From: Adineta vaga
Taxonomy: Eukaryota; Animalia; Rotifera
Direction of reading: 5' to 3'
Assembly: GCA_021613535.1 (NCBI GenBank)
Contig: CP075496.1
Span: 7,068,001-7,132,000, forward strand
Length of the DNA stretch: 64,000 nt
Both the position numbers and the translations under genes were made by a program. Numbering within the stretch: the stretch's first letter is position 1; every line of letters begins with the position of its first letter. The notes below the pieces were generated by a model that was not told where the DNA came from, ran no database searches, and saw only the letters and a program-made list of their open reading frames with translations. Positions 26,343 through 41,503 of this stretch are shown here, piece by piece.

Positions 26343-28296
26343 TTAATTTTCATTGCTTGGATTTTGTTGTTGCTCTGTTGACGATGTTTGTTGTTGTTCT
26401 ACTTTGACTTGAGCATGAAGCATCAACGCAATTTGCCATTCTTTGAGTTTAATCAGATCATTTCCATCCGGAATGACGTCAGTTGGAATATTTTCAAACC
26501 ATGAACGATATTTGAATACAACTGCTGGATATTTCAATAGGATTGATTCATAAAACCATTCCGGTGCAATATTATTCATTCGATAATTATGATTTTCATA
26601 AACTAAATAGATCAAAGAGAGAAATGATTTTGTTAATTGTTTTAATTTAGATTTCTTACCGATTTCCATCGCTTTAGTATTCCCATATGACTGTGCTTCT
26701 TCAAATGTTAATGTTGTCTCTTTCGGATGATTAAGAAGACCTTCGACAATTTGTTTCTGTTCATAATTTGATAATGGTGGATTGTTAGTTTGAATTAATT
26801 GAACAATTGGAGATGCTGTTTGTTGATTAGCTGGTATATAATCATATTCAACTTCATTTCCATTGGTTACTTCCGATCGACGACTTTTCCGTACTGGTTG
26901 TGTAGAAGAAGTTTGATCTTTTTTTAATGATGGAGTTTTTGTTCGAGTTTTAATCGCTTGTTTATTATCGGTTTTAGAGATCTAAATAGATTATTTCTTC
27001 AAATGAAGTCTTTGAAAATGAAATTCTTACTGATGGAGTTGACGGTGTATTTATTTCAGTTTTGACTTCTGGTTTTTCTTTACGTTTACGTTTCTTTTTT
27101 TCTACTTGTTCATCTTCTCCTATTTTTGTTGAACCATTTTGAGTAAAAACTAACGGTTTTCGAGGTGTTATAACTGGTTTTTCTTTTATCTTCGGCTCTT
27201 CATTTCCTTCAACAATTGGAGAAGTATTCGATGATACTGAAGAATTTCCAATATTTTGTTGTTTATTTCCACTATCATCTTCTTCTTCATCTTGATTTTT
27301 ATCCACGGATACTTTTCGACGACGAAAACCTATTAAAATTCGTATTAGAAAAGATAGTTATTGATTAGATTTATTTATAAATACTAGTTTTCGATTGATC
27401 TAATGCTTCTTTCAATAAATCATTAAATTCATCGATTCTTTCTTCTTTTGACATTGTCAATGCTCGATCAGCTAATTCAATTGCTTCATCCCTTCAAAAG
27501 AACCGATAAATCCAATATAAAAATATTGTATTTCTTACCATTGAACACGTTTTTTCATCGATACTTTCAATTGATATCGATTGGCTAATTCTTGTTGTTC
27601 AGATTTTGTAGCTGCCTAAAAATATAACAATACATAGATAAGAATTTCACTTATATCGTTATACTTGTTGAACAGCAGCTTCAGCATGTTGTATAAAATT
27701 ACTTAAACCAGCATATTTCAATAACCAACGAGTTGATATCCATGAATATTCCAAATATTTACCATAGAAATAAACAAAAAATAATCGTTTGGGTTTATTA
27801 TTTGAATCTACAATTAGATATAAAAGAATAATAAAAGAATAGTTTGAATCAATCTAATATACTTAATGTTTTGGTATGAATGCCTCCTTCCGATGAACAA
27901 CGATACTAATCAAATGGAAATAAAATATTAAACTTATGATTTCTTTTTATTTAGAATTCTATTCAACATACGATCAAAGCTGGCCACCATGGAAAACCAC
28001 CTAGTTTACACCAAACAATGTCACCTGGTTCATATAAATCAGCACTTGCATCTGCAGATTCGATAGAATGTATTATTTTTGTCTTGATTTTCACAGGATT
28101 TCGTTTCGTTGTATTTGATGTCGATGTCGGATCCTCTTCCGTCGTATCAGTTGCTGGATTATCAAATATAAATTGTGGATCCTGTTTCGAACGACGTGGT
28201 CGTTTTCGAGTTGGAGATTCTGAGTAATTAGATTCAGTTTCGAAAGACAAATCAAATTTGTATATTTTTACCTGAAGATGATTGTTCAGTAGCCAT
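26343..28296 (-). CDS. Stand-alone NSD-type PWWP-domain protein (no SET/PHD)
   Basis: YEPGDIVWCKLGGFPWWPALI...GIHTK...FFVYFYG..LEYSWI...YAG, followed by the helical extension LKVSMKKRVQWDEAIELADRALTMSKEERI typical of NSD1/2/3 PWWP1. Basic low-complexity middle and a helical C-terminal domain; stop at 26345-26343. Confidence 0.85.
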
Positions 28297-28540
28297 TAAA
28301 GTAGGAAAAAAAAACTTTTATCGAAGAGATACAATTATGATCTATTTGATTTGATTCGTTTTTTTTGGGAAAACGATGAACAAAGGGTTTGAAAGGTTAC
28401 GAAATGATTGGTCGGTTCAGTAGAGCACTCAGATAATATTGATGTTTAATGATTATGAAAATAATTTCATTTTAAGTATGTTAGATTTAATTACGACGAA
28501 GTGAGAAGTTACAAAATAAATGAAAGATATTTTTATCTTG

Positions 28541-28557
28541 TCAACTAACGCCATCTA
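28541..28557. promoter_or_regulatory. Candidate CTCF/YY1-like motif TCAACTAACGCCATCTA in the divergent PWWP/NTPDase intergenic region
   Basis: 15/17 match to 57502-57518, which also lies in a divergent promoter. Confidence 0.35.
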
Positions 28558-29200
28558 TCGAAGTGAAATCTATTAAGCATCTGAAAGCAGAAGAAACTTT
28601 TTATATACAACGTTTGTTTATCGAATTAACGGACATTACGAAGATTCCTTTAAGATATTATATTCACTGTATATGATGATTACATAACTAGCGTACTTTT
28701 CGTCTACGAACTATCATATAGAACCTTATCTCTTGTAATTGTCTCAGGTAGATACATAATTTCTTATCGTTACCAACAGTTTTTACTTTCTTTTGATTGC
28801 AAATGGCTACTAGATCTTATAGAAGTATTTTTATTAAAAAAAGCTTTTGGCACAGTATATCAAAAAAATAAAAGTATATGTTATTCAAGACTTCTTTTGC
28901 AAGTATGACAGTGACAATTATATAGTTCAATTGTCTCGTTGATTAAATACGAAGAAGATATTCTAGGATCATAAATTCATTATTTCACATTATTAGAAAT
29001 TCAAATCTATAACTCAATTTAGTTGGAGAGATTAGTTTACACTTATAGCAGAGAAAAGAAATAATGATAGGTATACATGTTTATAACCTTTCTCTTAAAT
29101 TAAAAGTACAATTTTTATTACCTTATTATAATCTCATAGTTCTTCAATAAAGAAATAGATGCAATATTATTTCTGTATTTTAGACAATTGTTTGATAAAT

Positions 29201-31045
29201 ATGCTGAAAAGAGCACAAGTTAAAATAATCTTTGCTGTGGCAATTAATATTCTTATCTTTTCACTTATTGGTTTCATCACATTATTAATTCTTTGGCACT
29301 CAAAACTAACACCATTTCAAGACTATGCTCTTGTGATTGATGCTGGTTCAAGACATTCGAAGATTTTTATCTATACGTAAAAGATATTTTCTCTTTCTCA
29401 TCATTGTATCTTTGAAACAATTGTAATCTAGATGGCCTGCTGATAAATCAGACGGACTTGGAACAACATCTCGACTACGTCAAATCAAATCTTGTTCTGT
29501 TTCTCATCAACCTATTACATCAGTTGCAAATGCTACCGAAGAAAATGTTAAAAAATATTTTGATTTAGCCATGACTAATTGTCTTAACCAAATTCCGTCG
29601 ACACGAAAAAGTCGAACATTAATCTTTCTTGGTAAACTACATTTCCTATCTCACATTCAGTTTAATCAAATCACATCTTATTCTTGTGGTTACAGGTGCA
29701 ACTGCTGGCCTTCGTCTATTTAATATCACAAACTCATCATTCATCAGTGATTTATTGAACAGTACACGTAGTTATTTCAGTACACTTGGTGTTCTTTTTC
29801 GTTCACCTGAAAGTCAAGTACGAATCATTGATGGCAGTGAAGAAGGTTTATCAGGATGGATATCAACTAATATTCTTCTACGAGAATTGTATGAGAATAA
29901 TCAGCCCATGGATACCTATGGCGTATCGGATATGGGTGGTATGTAATCAGTTAATGAATCGATTGAAATCACTAGTTGATGCGTATTTTTTGCATAGGTG
30001 CAAGTACTCAATTGAGTTTTATTGCACCAGATGCAACGAATGAACGTTACACTATGAATCTGTTTGATACAAACTATGACGTTTATTCACATTCATATCT
30101 ATGCTATGGTCAAGATCAGTTACGTCTGATCTATCAAGGTCAACTTGTACAACAAGCAAACGGATCTTATTCGATCGATGATCCGTGTTTACAATATGGT
30201 TATATAGAAGATAGAAGTTACCATGATTTATTCAGTAGTGCTTGTGCTCGTGGCAAATATGCTCCTTCTGAAGATCTCAATACATCTGCAATATTTTCAT
30301 TTGCGTATGTAATCATTTTGAATTAATTATCAATCAAATTAATATTCTCTTCCAGAGGTACGGGTGATTATAAAGATTGTCGAACAATAATGGAAGAACG
30401 TTTTAATAATTCATTGTGTACTTCGTCATCGTGTAGTTTCGATAATATCTATCAACCAGTTCCTATTCCTCCCTCTATCAAATTTGTTGCTATCTCAGCA
30501 TGGTACGAAACATTCTCTCACCTAGCACGAAATATATCCATAATACCAGATGAAAATGAAAACTATAATTTTACTTCTGTGAATTTAACTGATATCAAAC
30601 ATGCAATTAAAGCAATATGTAAACAATCATGGTCACATGTACATAAACCAGACAAACATCGACCATGTAAATCGAAAATTTTTTTGTCCAATTCGTTTAT
30701 TGAAAAACTATTTCTGATTTTCTATTCTATTAAGTTTTATGTTTTAATTCAATACATCAATGGACATTATTTGAATATGGCTTTCATATGACAGATGATA
30801 ATTTAAGGAACTTTCAAATTGTTAAAGCAATTGATTCCAATGAAATTGGTTGGACATTAGGTTATATGATCAATCAAACAAATTATTTAGATCCTGAACA
30901 TCGACCACCACGTTTATTAACTGAAGCTGAATTTATTACTTTATTACTTTCAGCTATCCTATTATTTTTATTCAGTTCAATTACAACCGGAATTATTATT
31001 TATCACTATAGAAAACATTATAAACAAAGAAAACTAACATCTTAG
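29201..31045 (+). CDS. ENTPD: Ectonucleoside triphosphate diphosphohydrolase (CD39/GDA1 family), copy A
   Basis: N- and C-terminal TM helices; apyrase conserved regions DAGSRHS, GATAGLR, GSEEGLSGWISTN, DMGGASTQ, HSYLCYG and IGWTLGYM; 7 exons. Confidence 0.95.
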
Positions 31046-32142
31046 TGAAAGGAAAATATGCAATGGGAATAATAATGGAAATAAATATCTTTTTTTTATC
31101 AAACAAAATATAACATAGTAAATAATAAAGTACGATATCAATTTATTTCAAAGGACATATAAATCAATGATAATATGTAAGGTTAATCTTTTGAATTCTC
31201 TATGGATGTTGAATAATTCTTATTTACATTCGTGAATAAGCAACTTTTACTTTACTTTTATGAAAGAACAAAATTATTCTACAGTTGCTAGAGCTCTCAG
31301 AACAAATACAAAGAAAGAAATCTGACAAAATTCTTCAAATATTGTTTTATACTCATTATTACTTAGATTCCTTCAGGTCACCGCAAACATATTATTTTCC
31401 ATTATATGTGTACTTTGCTTCCATTTCTTTTTTCGCAAGTTTCAATAACACTTATAAGTTTCGTCAATTTGAATAAATCATCACAGTATGAGTGTGATGA
31501 ATAATTTATATAATAAATAACTTTCAAATTTATAAATGAAAGAATTTTATATTATCTTAGAAGATTGATGTTTTCATATGAGCAATTAATATATATCATA
31601 AGAAGCTTTATGATATTTACAATTTTTCGAATAACAGATTCACCTATATTTGTAAATAGGTATAAGAGGCCAACGTGGGCTGAAAATAGCAAGGGCTGAA
31701 TAAATAAAGTCATTTGTATTTTTGTTTTTTCTTTGTATATATAAAACGAAAACTGAAAAACAAAGTTTTGTTACCTATTGCATCGATGTAAGTATGTTCG
31801 AACTGAAAAGAGAAAAAGAAAAGAATTGAAGTTTTAGATATTACTTTTCCATTTTGATTACATTTACAAGTTGAAAAACATCGACGTTTTTATGCGCTAA
31901 TGGGACATGTTATTTACGTGTGAATAATACTTTTTTCTTTTCTAAAAAGAAACGAAATTCATAGAGGTAGGTATAATCGAGTATATTTTACAATATCACC
32001 TGTCATATGTAACAGACATTTTCTCGTATACTTTCAATCGCATTGACAATATAGACATTTTCTCCTTGTCTTTCTCCTGAAAAGTGGATTTAACACAAGT
32101 AAAAGAAATCAGAGAATAACTTTCTTTTTCTCTGTTCCAGAT

Positions 32143-33968
32143 ATGGTGAGTCGATACCATGTTATCTTCGTAATTGCAAGTGCTGTTGGTGCTCTATCAC
32201 TTGCTGCTATCATTACATTGATTGTACTTTGGTTCACTATTTTAACACCATTTCAAGACTATGCTCTTGTTGTCGATGCTGGTTCATCACATTCAAAGAT
32301 TTTTCTCTATACGTAATGTCTTTTGCTTGTTTTGTTGCTTGTTCTTTCTATTCAATCATTATGATCTAGATGGCCGGCTGATAAATCAGACGGACTTGGA
32401 ACAACATCTCGAGTTAATCAAGTATATTCATATGAAGCTCCCGGTGGACCTCTGTCATCAGTTAATGGAACAACAGTAAACGGTGTGAAACAATATTTTG
32501 ATTTAGCCATGACTAATTGTCTTAACCAAATTCCGTCGACACGAAAAAGTCGAACATTAATCTTTCTTGGTAAACTACATTTCCTATCTCACATTCAGTT
32601 TAATCAAATCACATCTTATTCTTGTGGTTACAGGTGCAACTGCTGGCCTTCGTCTATTTAATATCACAAACTCATCATTCATCAGTGATTTATTGAACAG
32701 TACACGTAGTTATTTCAGTACACTTGGTGTTCTTTTTCGTTCACCTGAAAGTCAAGTACGAATCATTGATGGCAGTGAAGAAGGTTTATCAGGATGGATA
32801 TCAACTAATATTCTCTTTAAACAGTTGTATGAAAATAACAAACCATTAGAAACTCATGGTGTTATTGATATGGGTGGTATGTTAAAAGTGATTTGTTCAA
32901 TTTAGACTGATACTCAATAGATTTGTAATATAGGTGCAAGTACTCAATTGAGTTTTATTGCACCAGATGCAACGAACGAACGTTACACTATGAATCTGTT
33001 TGATACAAACTATGACGTTTATTCACATTCATATCTATGCTATGGTCAGGATCAGTTACGTCTGATCTATCAAGGTCAACTTGTACAACAAGCAAACGGA
33101 TCTTATTCGATCGATGATCCGTGTCTTCAAGCTGGTTACAATCAAAATCTATCGTACGCTACGATAAGTACAACAGCTTGTGCCAGTAATAGATTCGTAG
33201 CACCAACGGGCATTACTACTACATCACTTATTACATTCAGGTGATGTATGATAATTATATATACATGTAATACTTTTTTGTTTAGAGGAACTGGTAATGC
33301 TACAGCATGTCGAGCATTGATGGGTAGTCGTTTAAATAAAACAACATGTTCATCAGCAACGAATTGTAGTTTCGATGGCGTCTATCAACCAACTCCAATA
33401 TCTACATCACTAAAATTTGTTGGTTTCTCAGCAATCTATAGTGCATTTAATACATTAGCACCATTCATACCTCTGTCGAATGATACAAGTGGAAACTATA
33501 ATCTTGCTTCACTAAATTTATCACAAATTCGAACAGCAATAGAAACTGTATGTAATCAACCATGGTCAAATGTAACAAACCCTGATCGATATCGACCATG
33601 TGAGATTGGAATCTATTATATAACATTATAAAATTTCCTTTATTATGTCTATAGTTTTATGTTTTCAAACCATGTATCACTGGACATTATTTGAATATGG
33701 CTTTCATATGACAGATGATAATTTAAGAAACTTTCAAATTGTTAAAACAATCGATTCGAATGAAATCGGTTGGACATTAGGTTATATGATCAATCAAACA
33801 AATGGTTTAGATCCTGAATATCGACCATCACGTTTATTAACTAAAGCAGAATTTATTGGACTATTAATATGTTTTATTGTTCTACTTGTGATCAGTATAG
33901 TTGTAATAATTATAAATTGTGTTGTTCACAAACGAAGGGAGAATATTCAAAAAAAAACCTCAATTTAA
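32143..33968 (+). CDS. ENTPD: Ectonucleoside triphosphate diphosphohydrolase (CD39/GDA1 family), copy B
   Basis: Same exon structure and ACR1-5 motifs (DAGSSHS, ATAGLR, EEG, DMGGASTQ, GWTLG); two terminal TM helices. Confidence 0.95.
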
Positions 33969-34389
33969 GATGATAAGTGACTGTGTTCGATTTCATTTCT
34001 TATTTTTATAGATGAATTGTAAGACCTAGAGTGAAACTAAATAAACTGCTGTGTTATAAATCGAAAATATGAATATTTGATTCTATGTTAAACTTTTGTA
34101 CATTTCTTCTTCGAATCAACTTAAACTTTCATATTTTTCTGTCAAAATAATCTATATGTATTAATTCTTTCCCGTTTATATTCAATTTGCATAATTCTAT
34201 ATCGTACGAAGTCAACAAAATGATATTATTATATTCTGTAGTTTGGCTACAAATAGTTGCTATACCATTGTTTTATTAGTGATATTAAACAAGAAAAATC
34301 TATATATTTGTTAATATTCTACGAAGTTAACTAAATTTTGATTTATTAATAAAGCGAGATTAAATATAAAATTTCATAGAGTTCATAAC

Positions 34390-34680
34390 TTAATCAATGT
34401 CTCGTCCCTTTAATTCTAAACATTCATCTGGACGAAGTCGTTTTTTAATACATATATTCGGTTTACAACATGGCACAATATTGAATTTGCAGAGTACACA
34501 ATCTAAATCATTTGTTGGTTTATTCAAATTATAATGTGGTTTCGACTTTAAAAATGAACGAGCATTGACACCAGATAATTCCATTTCATCATCACTATCA
34601 TCGCCTGGAAAATATTTCCCATCAGAGATGAGAAATAAAACGGTAAGAATCATAAATCCAAATAATCCCAATAACTTCAT
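34390..34680 (-). CDS. Secreted cysteine-rich prepropeptide, knottin/ICK-like C-C-CC-C-C framework
   Basis: Single exon, 96 aa. Signal MKLLGLFGFMILTVLFLISDG, acidic spacer ending VNAR, mature region with CVLCKFNIVPCCKPNICIKKRLRPDEC. A TA-rich TATA-like run lies upstream. Confidence 0.75.
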   Translation of the reverse strand: MKLLGLFGFMILTVLFLISDGKYFPGDDSDDEMELSGVNARSFLKSKPHYNLNKPTNDLDCVLCKFNIVPCCKPNICIKKRLRPDECLELKGRDID

Positions 34681-35893
34681 TTGATTTGTTTCAAGTATTA
34701 TAAAGAGTTCACTCACTCACTTATGATTACATACATGTATATTTATATATATATACATACAGATTATTTCTCGTGTCATATTTCATATCTGTACAGAATT
34801 TCTCTCTTTTCTTATTCTTTGATTGACCATTGAAGAAATAAATCTTTAATACATAATCAAATATAAGAAATCAACTGATATAATAAACTTACATTTATCG
34901 AAGTATATTTACCTTCATTGTTCGACGTAATCGAAAGATTCATTTTTCAGATATTTAAAATTCTCAAATTTTCAACAAAGAGAAAGCAATCACAAATAGT
35001 AAAAAGACGGGTGAATAGAGCTATAAGGAAGATTATATAGCTGTCTGTTATTCCTGATTATCTCGTAAAATTCGATCAATTACGAGTAAAAACAGAATGA
35101 ACATTTCAAGTCTTTCTTATAATCAATAATTCAAACAATTATTATACAAAGTGAATCGTTAAACTCTTCCTATGTCATCAAAAACGTTCTATCAATTCAC
35201 TGTCATCATCAACAACAAATTTTCGAAAATTATCTTAGAAAAATTAACTTTTAGAAGATTTAAGTATATTAGAATATGATAGAACAATACAAACTTTACT
35301 TGGAAGATAAAGCCATCGGATCTTTCATGAATATAATTCTATAAAAATCAACAGAAGCAATTGGAAATAAAAGAATGTTAGTTAACGGAAAATATAATGC
35401 AAAGAATATATAAACAAATATGAAATTACAACTCGGAATAAAAAGAGAATAAATTTACTATTAGACTGCATGATTCTGTTTAAAGTAGATCTTCCGTAGA
35501 GTGATTAATGATAATGTTTTCTATAAATAACATGATCAGTCTCTCCTACACAAACCATTGAGTATCTGTTTTTTCTCTCAAGATGTGGGTTCGACTTGTT
35601 CACGTGTATACGCACGTGTTGATTATGAAATACTGAAAAAAAAGAACCATATTAGTAGAGATTATTTGAACCGAATTAAGACTAGAATGCAATTATGATC
35701 AATACTATTTTCATCATAACAAATTAAATATGAACTGAGTTGACATTCTTATTGTACTGTACCAATACTAAAACCTTTATTCTTATTTCAAATCAGTCAG
35801 AAATATGTAAATATAAGTTAAAATGATGACAATGACATATGACATATACAAACAAATATCAATGAAAACGGATATATTTGATTCTAATGTTTC

Positions 35894-36479
35894 TTATTGA
35901 TCATCTTTAGAAAGTTCATTCGATCGTTTATGTTGATTTGTATGACATGTTCGTAATACTTTAACTGCACTTTTCTTCTCATAAGATGGTATTGTACCTT
36001 CTTTTTTAAATTTAACTCGTCGATTTTGAAACCAAATCTATTCAAATAAATAAATATAAGAATCTGTTAGTATATAAGAAAATAAATCAAAATGATTTCT
36101 TTACTTTAACTTGTTTTTCTGTTAAACCAAGACATGCAGCAATTTCAATTCGACGTAAACGTGATAAATACATACTTGATGCAAATTCTCGTTCTAATTC
36201 TAATAATTGAATACTAGTAAATGCAGTACGCATACGTTTTAATTCGAATGGTAATTGTTGAAATGTTGTTGATGACGTTTGCGATGTTGGTGAAAGTATT
36301 GTTGCTTTCGATTTCTTTTCCAAATGTTCATCATTTGTTGTTTGAAAGAGTTGTGAATGAAGAAAAAGAAATCGTGAAGTCGGCGATGAAGATGATACGT
36401 ACGGTATTGGTGATGATGGTGGTGAAGATTTTCTTGCAATCAAATATTCGATAGAAAACGACTTATTATTTCCGAGCAT
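35894..36479 (-). CDS. Gsx: Gsx/Ind ParaHox homeobox protein
   Basis: Exons 36479-36105 and 36037-35894. [45 protein letters not shown]|[14 protein letters not shown] carries the Gsx-diagnostic [12 protein letters not shown]; N-terminal SFSIEYLI repression motif. Confidence 0.92.
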
Positions 36480-38277
36480 GAAAATGATGATGATGATGAT
36501 GATGATGATCGTTGTCAAAATGAAAATGAATATGATAATAGGAAATGAGATGAATAGCAGTTGCTTTATATGTGTGACAAATTAATTCGATAATCAACAC
36601 ATTGACATAGAACATAATTGACTCGTGAATTGTTAATGAATGTGAAACAGATAGCATTCTATATACACCTTGATTTGGTTTTCTCTTGAGAATTTTTCAC
36701 TAGTCACATTATGTCGTTAATCTCTTCAATTTTTATTTCGTTATGAGATCAAAAAAAAGGAAAGAAAAAAACGAGATAGAAAATAAATGTATGAACGTTT
36801 TGATAGAAGATAAAAGTCATTCAATGTCGACCGATAATAAATTAGTTTGAGACACGCCTCTAGACAGAATTTTATGACTATACAAGAAAATAAAAAACCT
36901 ATTTCATTCTCAATAAATCTATCAGTTAACTTATTCCCAATGAGATTCATTTGACATAGAACAGTTACTTGTCATGTTAGTAATTGAATCCTACCGATAA
37001 ACTTTCTTTTTATAGTCAATAGGAAAATATCATGTGGCAAAATGACAAATGATAGTCGCGTTTTCTTTTTAATACATACCAATGAACAATATAATTATAT
37101 ATGCAAACAGATGTTGATCATTATCATTAAGTCAATGTTCAATTGAAAAGAAGAAGAAGAACGAGAAGTAACGGACAATTCTTTTCTCTTTTTCTAATCA
37201 TTTATTTAACAAAAAATATAGATCATTGTTTTTTCTGCAAAATAATTTATTTAATTGATTAATACAATATTCTTAACAAATACAGATGAATGTACCCGAC
37301 GAAATGATGAGATATAGATCGGAGATCAACAAATGAAATAAATTGTTACATCCAATCGGCTATTACCTTCATTCTTTGATCATGTAAAGGTTGAATGTAT
37401 CTGAGAAATATCTATTAGAATGACGTTTTGTAGAAATTTGACCTTATTTTTAATAAAATTATTTACAATTTTCTTCGCTTGTTATTGGTAACTAAATCAA
37501 CACGATGTTCGTGTCATCATCATTCATTTGCTAGTTTTCATAACACAAAGTAGTTATTGTCAACACGATATGTGAACTTTTTCTTTATATAGATCCATTC
37601 TGTGATTAGTCGATAAATAACATGAACTTCAAGAGAAAATGTTCTTTTAGTATCTATTTTTTAACTGTAAACAACATAATTAGTTCAAACTTTCTTTTTA
37701 TGCATGTCTTACATTAGAGAAAAAAAAATCTCAAAAAAGTGTGTTGTAGAATGGAAAAGAAAAGAAGTCGGCAGAAAAACAATGATTATTTCTTTTTTTT
37801 TCTCTCTTTCTATTAAGGATCGTATAAGAAAAAATAAAACGATAAAGTAGATAGATTCTTCTTGCCTTAAATATAAACTAATGACAAATCGTTATCTTGT
37901 TTAGTGTTGAAATTTATCAGATTTCGAAATTATGTTGACAGTCGAACGTAGACGCGTTGTTTTTATTGACGTTTCTTCATAAATGAGTCAAATGAGAAAA
38001 GTAAACATTCTTTAATTTGTACTCAGAGTTCAAATTTCGTTATAGCATGACGTAAGTACTTTTGATACACATGTTATTACGAAATTAGGTATATAGTTAT
38101 ATATAAACAGCTGAATATTCACACTCAATGTAATGTATAAGATTGATTGAAATAAAAAAAATAAGATAACGTTCAAGTTTACTTAGATGTAGAAAAGAAT
38201 TGATATGTCTAATCTTTCTGTTCTGTATATGATTTTTCTTCAGATAGATTCAGTAGAACGTAAGTATAGTATCATAT

Positions 38278-39498
<1,221 letters not shown>

Positions 39499-40057
39499 TA
39501 TGATGTGACAATTTTATTCCTTTTTTTTGCTTGTACACAATCTTTCTATTTTATGCTCGAATAAATTTTAAGATTATTCCTGCATACAAAGATTTGTGAT
39601 GGCTTAATGAAGATGACACAATGAGAGCTTTCATAAATCAATGGATAAAATTTTTGAAACTTTGTTTATATTTTGCTCAGATTCACTTTATTCTTTCTGA
39701 ATATATGTTGTAACTAGTCAATGAATTTAAATCATCAAACCATGCATTCATTGATCGCTATTATTTTGAATATAATTTTAAACTGTATAAGAAAACATTG
39801 ATAGGTCGCTGCTTACACACGAAATATATTTTCATTAAAGAGCATTTTGTTTAATTGCAATATGAATATCATATGTCGTATATATACAGTTCATATGTTA
39901 TGAGGTCGCCAGTGACTGACACATGTTATTAAGACATGCTATTGGCTTTAAAATTGTCTCGGTATAGATTGGATCATTTGAGAACAAGGAACAATCGAAT
40001 GTCTTTTTCTCGTTGAACAATAAGTTTACATTATTTGTACATGAATTGCACAAAAAA

Positions 40058-41503
40058 ATGAACAATATTTCTCAAACAGATGAAAACAATTTTGATAATC
40101 AAGCTTCTGATGTGAGAAATACTGTAAATGCAGCTATGTGTGAAGAATTTATTTCTATTACTGATACAAATAAAGATCTAGCAATGATGATTTTACAACA
40201 AAATAAATGGGATCTTCAACAAGCACTGAATGCTTATTTTAATGAACAATACACGAAATTGTTAGTAAGTCAAACTTTACAAGTATTAATTAATCTAATC
40301 TTTTTTTTGTTTTTGATCATCATAGTGAAGTTCAATCATCAAATGAGAAAAGAGATTTTAAATTACTCTCATGGAATATTGATGGACTCGATATTTATGG
40401 TCTTGAACTTCGAACTCAAGGCATTATTGATGTGATAAAAAAGTAATTTCTTTCATCATCGAATTAATTTTCTTAACAGTTCCTTTTTCTTTGACAGAGA
40501 AAAGCCTGATGCTGTTTTTCTTCAAGAAGTTATTCCAGATTCGTTGCATAAATTTCAAACGTGTTTACCCGAGTACAATGTCTTTGCTGGTATGATCAGA
40601 TTCAATTGTTAAATACGATTTGAAATGTCTTTTTCTCACTTTTTAGGAAATTTTGTCAATTACTTCGTGGTTATTTTAACTTCTCATGAAACATTAAAAG
40701 TGCATAATTTCGAATTGATTCCGTATCCAGGCACGCGAATGGGTCGAAACTTATTAATTGTTCATGTATAATTGTCTATTTACAATCTGATATATTTCCT
40801 TCTTTGAATAGACTACGTATAAGAATTCTATTGATATTGATTTAATGACAACGCATCATGAAAGTGGTACGGAAGAATTGTCAAGTAGTGAACGCATGGA
40901 ACAATTAAAATTATGTTTCAAAAGAATGGTAGATACACCGACAGATCGTGTTGTGCTTTTTGGTGGCGATTTAAATATGCGACAAAAAGAAGTATGTATA
41001 TTTCTCTAGATACAGGCGTCAAAATGTAAATATATTATGCTAATGAAATATCGCGCCATAAATGTAGAAGAAATTCATCAGTAATTCAAATTAGTGTAAG
41101 ATTTTATTTTTCTAAATACAGCCACTATAAATTGCATAATCGTGATGAAACAATTATATGGACTATTAAAATAGAAATATCTCTACTCTATTATTAATTA
41201 TTCTCCTTATTCTAGTTATACCAAGTTGGTAATATTCCATCTGGTATACATGATTTATGGTTGTCTAATGGTAAACCACCGAATTGTGAATATACATGGG
41301 ATATGCATTTAAATACAAATAAGAGTTTTCCATCAGCTAGTCGACCTCGAGCACGTTTCGATCGTCTCTATTTTCGACCATCAAACAATAGTAATATCAA
41401 ATTTCAACCGGTTAATTTTGAACTAAAAGGTCTTGATATGATACCATCTATTCAACGCTTCTGTTCAGATCATTGGGCCATTCAAGTGTCTTTCAGTGTT
41501 TAA
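40058..41503 (+). CDS. TDP2: Tyrosyl-DNA phosphodiesterase 2
   Basis: UBA-like CEEFISIT...LQQNKWDLQQALNAYF; LLSWNIDGLD, FLQEV, TRMGRNL, TTHHES, FGGDLNMR, YTWD, RFDRLYFR and SDHWAI are all intact. Confidence 0.93.

Noticed and set aside
36480-36518. Poly-Ile signal-like extension ([12 protein letters not shown]) or poly-His on Gsx
   Set aside because: It arises from an (ATC)n microsatellite and a TTG start. The ATG at 36479 gives the expected Gsx N-terminal motif.
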